Shown here piece by piece: positions 61,050 through 64,000 of a DNA stretch of 64,000 bases. The notes beneath the pieces are model-generated. The model was not told the DNA's origin and did no database searches. It saw only the letters and a program-made list of their open reading frames with translations. The translations under genes and the position numbers were made by a program. The stretch comes from Eledone cirrhosa (lineage: Eukaryota), in contig OZ024756.1 of NCBI GenBank assembly GCA_964016885.1, positions 12,710,001 to 12,774,000 on the forward strand, given 5' to 3'. The stretch's first letter is position 1. Every line of letters starts with the position of its first letter.

Positions 61050-61612
61050 TGGTCTGTATGATGAATGGACTACAGAGTTGGAGAGTTGGAGCACTCACTA
61101 TGACAATGACTGAGATGAATTCATCTCCCGTCTCTGGTGGACGAGCACACAAACACTCCTCTTCAGACATGGAAGACCAAGACCAACATAAATCCGTCCC
61201 CTACACCCCTCCCTGTGCCCTCATCCCATCCCTTCCGCCCACCCAGCGAACTCCAAAACTTCAGAGTTGGTACCACGAACGTAGGCACATTGAAAGGTCA
61301 CACAAATGAGTTTGTAGAGATGCTTGAACATAAGGAAGTTGATGTTTGTTGTGTTCAAGAGACTAGGTGGCAGGGTGGGTCTGTTAGATTCTTTGTGGGT
61401 AAAAAACGCTGCTATAAACTGTTCTGGGTGGGAAATGACAATGGGCTGGATGGAGTAGGAATTATGTTAGCAGAAAAATGGGTAGATAAGGTAATTGCCG
61501 TAAATAGAGTGAACAACAGAATAATTAAAATAAGACTAGTTCTAAATAGAACTACTGTGACAATAATATCTGCTTATGCACCCCAATCTGGTCTACCTGA
61601 CATTATCTCAGC
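61050..61612 (+). mobile_element. RTE-clade LINE 5' fragment (APE)
   Basis: RVGTTNVGTLKG..EFVEMLE...VDVCCVQETRW...GVGIMLAEKW...IISAYAPQSGL. Confidence 0.9.
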
Positions 61613-62624
61613 GTGCTGAAGGTTAAATTTTCTGATCAATTTGTATTTCTATTTCTTCACACAGGCTCTTATCTTCCTGCTCTACAACATACTATATAAA
61701 GATTTAATAACATTGCCCCAAAAAAGGTCTAGTTTTAGGGACATTAAATTATTTCAAGTTTTAAGGCAAGCATTTCATTCAATTTGTATATTAAATAAAA
61801 ACCTGTTACATTCAGAAGATGGCACTATTGTTGTCTGCCAAAAGGAAGTAAACAAAACTCTGAGAAACTTAAGATTTTATAAAACAAATGAAATGGGAAA
61901 AAATCATGTAATGGAGTTGTGAATCAAAAATCTTAGATATCAAAATATCAAAATTTCATAAAAATCTTCTCTACTCATGGGAATTTACAAAACCCTGCCA
62001 TCTAAACAGGTGTTGATTAGCTGTCACAGATAATATGAGGAATTTGGATTTTTGTTAACTTCTCAGACAAAATAAGGGACCAGCAAATAAGCAAGTATTT
62101 AACTCTTTAACATTTAAACCAGTCGTATCTGGCCAGAATTCCCTCACCTCTTTCTGTTCAAACCGGCCATAACTGGCTGCTCATACTTATGTTAAGGTAT
62201 TGTTCTCAAAATAAATAATATCAAAATCTCATGGATTCTATATTATGTGAAATAGCATGAAAATCTAATAGTAAATATAGAATAATGTAAATGCTAAAGG
62301 GATAAGGTAGTTTTTAGTTTATTTATTTAATATCAATTTGCTGTAGAAATAGATGGCAGACTTGTAACCTTATAGTCCCCCTGCCCCCAAGGCTGGTTGA
62401 GGTGGAATGGGGAGGGGGTGTTTACCGGGGTGATGGGGGTGGGGGGTGTTAAAAGAAAGACACTGGTTATTCAGTTGTTGGACACTGTGGTGGAGGGGTA
62501 GTGGTAATAAGTCATAGCAATAATTGGGGGAGAAGAAATAAAGACATCAGTAAATAAAGTTAAGAAAATTAACAAAGAGAGGACCTCCCACACAAGATAT
62601 AGAGAGTATGGCCCCACCCTGTCC

Positions 62625-62885
62625 TACTGTAAAGTGTCGGCACCATGGTAAAAAGCACCCAGTCCACTCTGTATAAAGTAGTCGTGTCGGGACCATGGTA
62701 AAAAGCACCCAGTCCACTCTGTATAAAGTGGTCGTGTCGGGACCATGGTAAAAAGCACCCAGTCCACTCTGTATAAAGTGGTCGTGTTGGCACCATGGTA
62801 AAAAGCACGCAGTCCACTCTGTATAAAGTGGTCGTGTCGGCACCATGGTAAAAAGCACCCAGTCCACTCTGTATAAAGTGGTTGT
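62625..62885 (+). repeat. 49-bp tandem repeat (5 units) inside a SINE; sister of the 48-bp satellite
   Basis: accatggtaaaaagcacccagtccactctgtataaagtggtcgtgtcgg repeated, followed by the SINE body and (GAT)n tail. Confidence 0.88.
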
Positions 62886-64000
62886 GTAGGCATCCAGCAG
62901 TAGAAACCAAGCCAAAATCAGTTCTGTATAAGACATGGTCAGCTGACCTAGCATTGCTCACATCAGGACAACTCGTCTGACCCATGCTAAGGTGGAAACA
63001 TGGAAGTGTGATGATGATGATGATGATGATGAAAACAACGAATGAAAACAAAACAAAACGAAAAACAATTTTTTAAGGGGAAACCTTAAAAAATCATTAA
63101 AAAATAATCTTAACTATAATAAAGAAAGGAGTGTGGGACTGCGTCCAGAATATATTTTTTTACCCCGTTTGTAAAATAAGTTGGATTACTTTGAATAAAT
63201 AATGAATGAATATTACATAATTTATGTGCTAAATTTCGTGGCTGTTGATTAAATATATTTTATAGCTTATTTAAAGATTCACTTCTTTAAAATTCTCAAA
63301 TGTCAACACTTCCGGTTAGCGGCCGTTATATTATAACACTTATAAAAATATTGCATATATTTCCATCACTAATTCTCTCCTAATGCAGTTTATATATAAT
63401 ATCATCTTTTTTTAATATATCATGGATTACGTTACTGATTACATAAGACAGTGTAACACAGTCTTCATTCAATTTCTATGTATTATATATTGTCAATTAC
63501 GATTTTATTTGATGTATCATATCCACATGTATATATTCCTGCGTATGATATCAATATACACACTACACATGCCAGCAGAAAACGACCCGAAGGGTGGTTT
63601 TTCTGCTAGTATATATAAATGAAGGACACAGAACTCCAGGGTCATTGGCCGTTGAGATGGACTTAGGCAGTTTCGACTCCTACCAGCTGTACTGCTGGTC
63701 AAACCGGGTCACAGCGTCTGAGATAAGCCAAACCCTGTCTAAAGGAGTAAAAGACAAAGGACTAACATTTTTTTATAAATTGTTTCCCTTGATACTGTAT
63801 TAAAGGGAGATTATCGGCACATTCGCAGCACCAAGAAGGTTAATGAAATCATGGTACACGCTACCAAGTCCAACTCGATTGGTTAGGGTTAGCAGTCAGG
63901 TTTGTTAGGGAGCTATTTATTTGATAAAGACTGCACCTCTGACACATTATTTAATTGGTTAATGTGTTTTATGACGCCATTAACACACATCTAAATGGGA

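Overview
AT-rich, microsatellite- and transposon-dense animal genomic DNA. The SINE/RTE/Penelope/Helitron repertoire and the large C2H2 gene suggest a coleoid cephalopod such as Octopus (inference, not proven). Three host genes are supported, all on the minus strand. (1) A very large zinc-finger CDS with no intron in the window (ATG 5135, runs off the left edge, >1700 codons; absent from the ORF track because no stop is in the window). (2) A SAMHD1-type dNTP triphosphohydrolase with an intronless CDS (30347-31690), reduced to the HD core with no SAM domain and no CDK-site tail. (3) A ~730-codon terminal exon (44941-47130) encoding a TPR solenoid that lines up by eye with vertebrate IFIT/TTC22 proteins and is fused to a C-terminal TIR-like domain. 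Genes 2 and 3 are 13 kb apart, co-oriented, and share a 12-nt hairpin-embedded motif downstream of their stops. They are the best candidate for an undescribed system here: an invertebrate antiviral cluster pairing a TPR-TIR sensor with a dNTPase. The rest is RTE, CR1, Tx1 and CRE-like LINEs, Penelope fragments with hammerhead-ribozyme motifs, Helitrons, mariner, Chapaev, hAT, piggyBac-like and Merlin/MULE-like elements, two SINE families, two long fold-backs, and several satellites traceable to transposon-internal units. All homology calls are by motif recognition; no searches were run.
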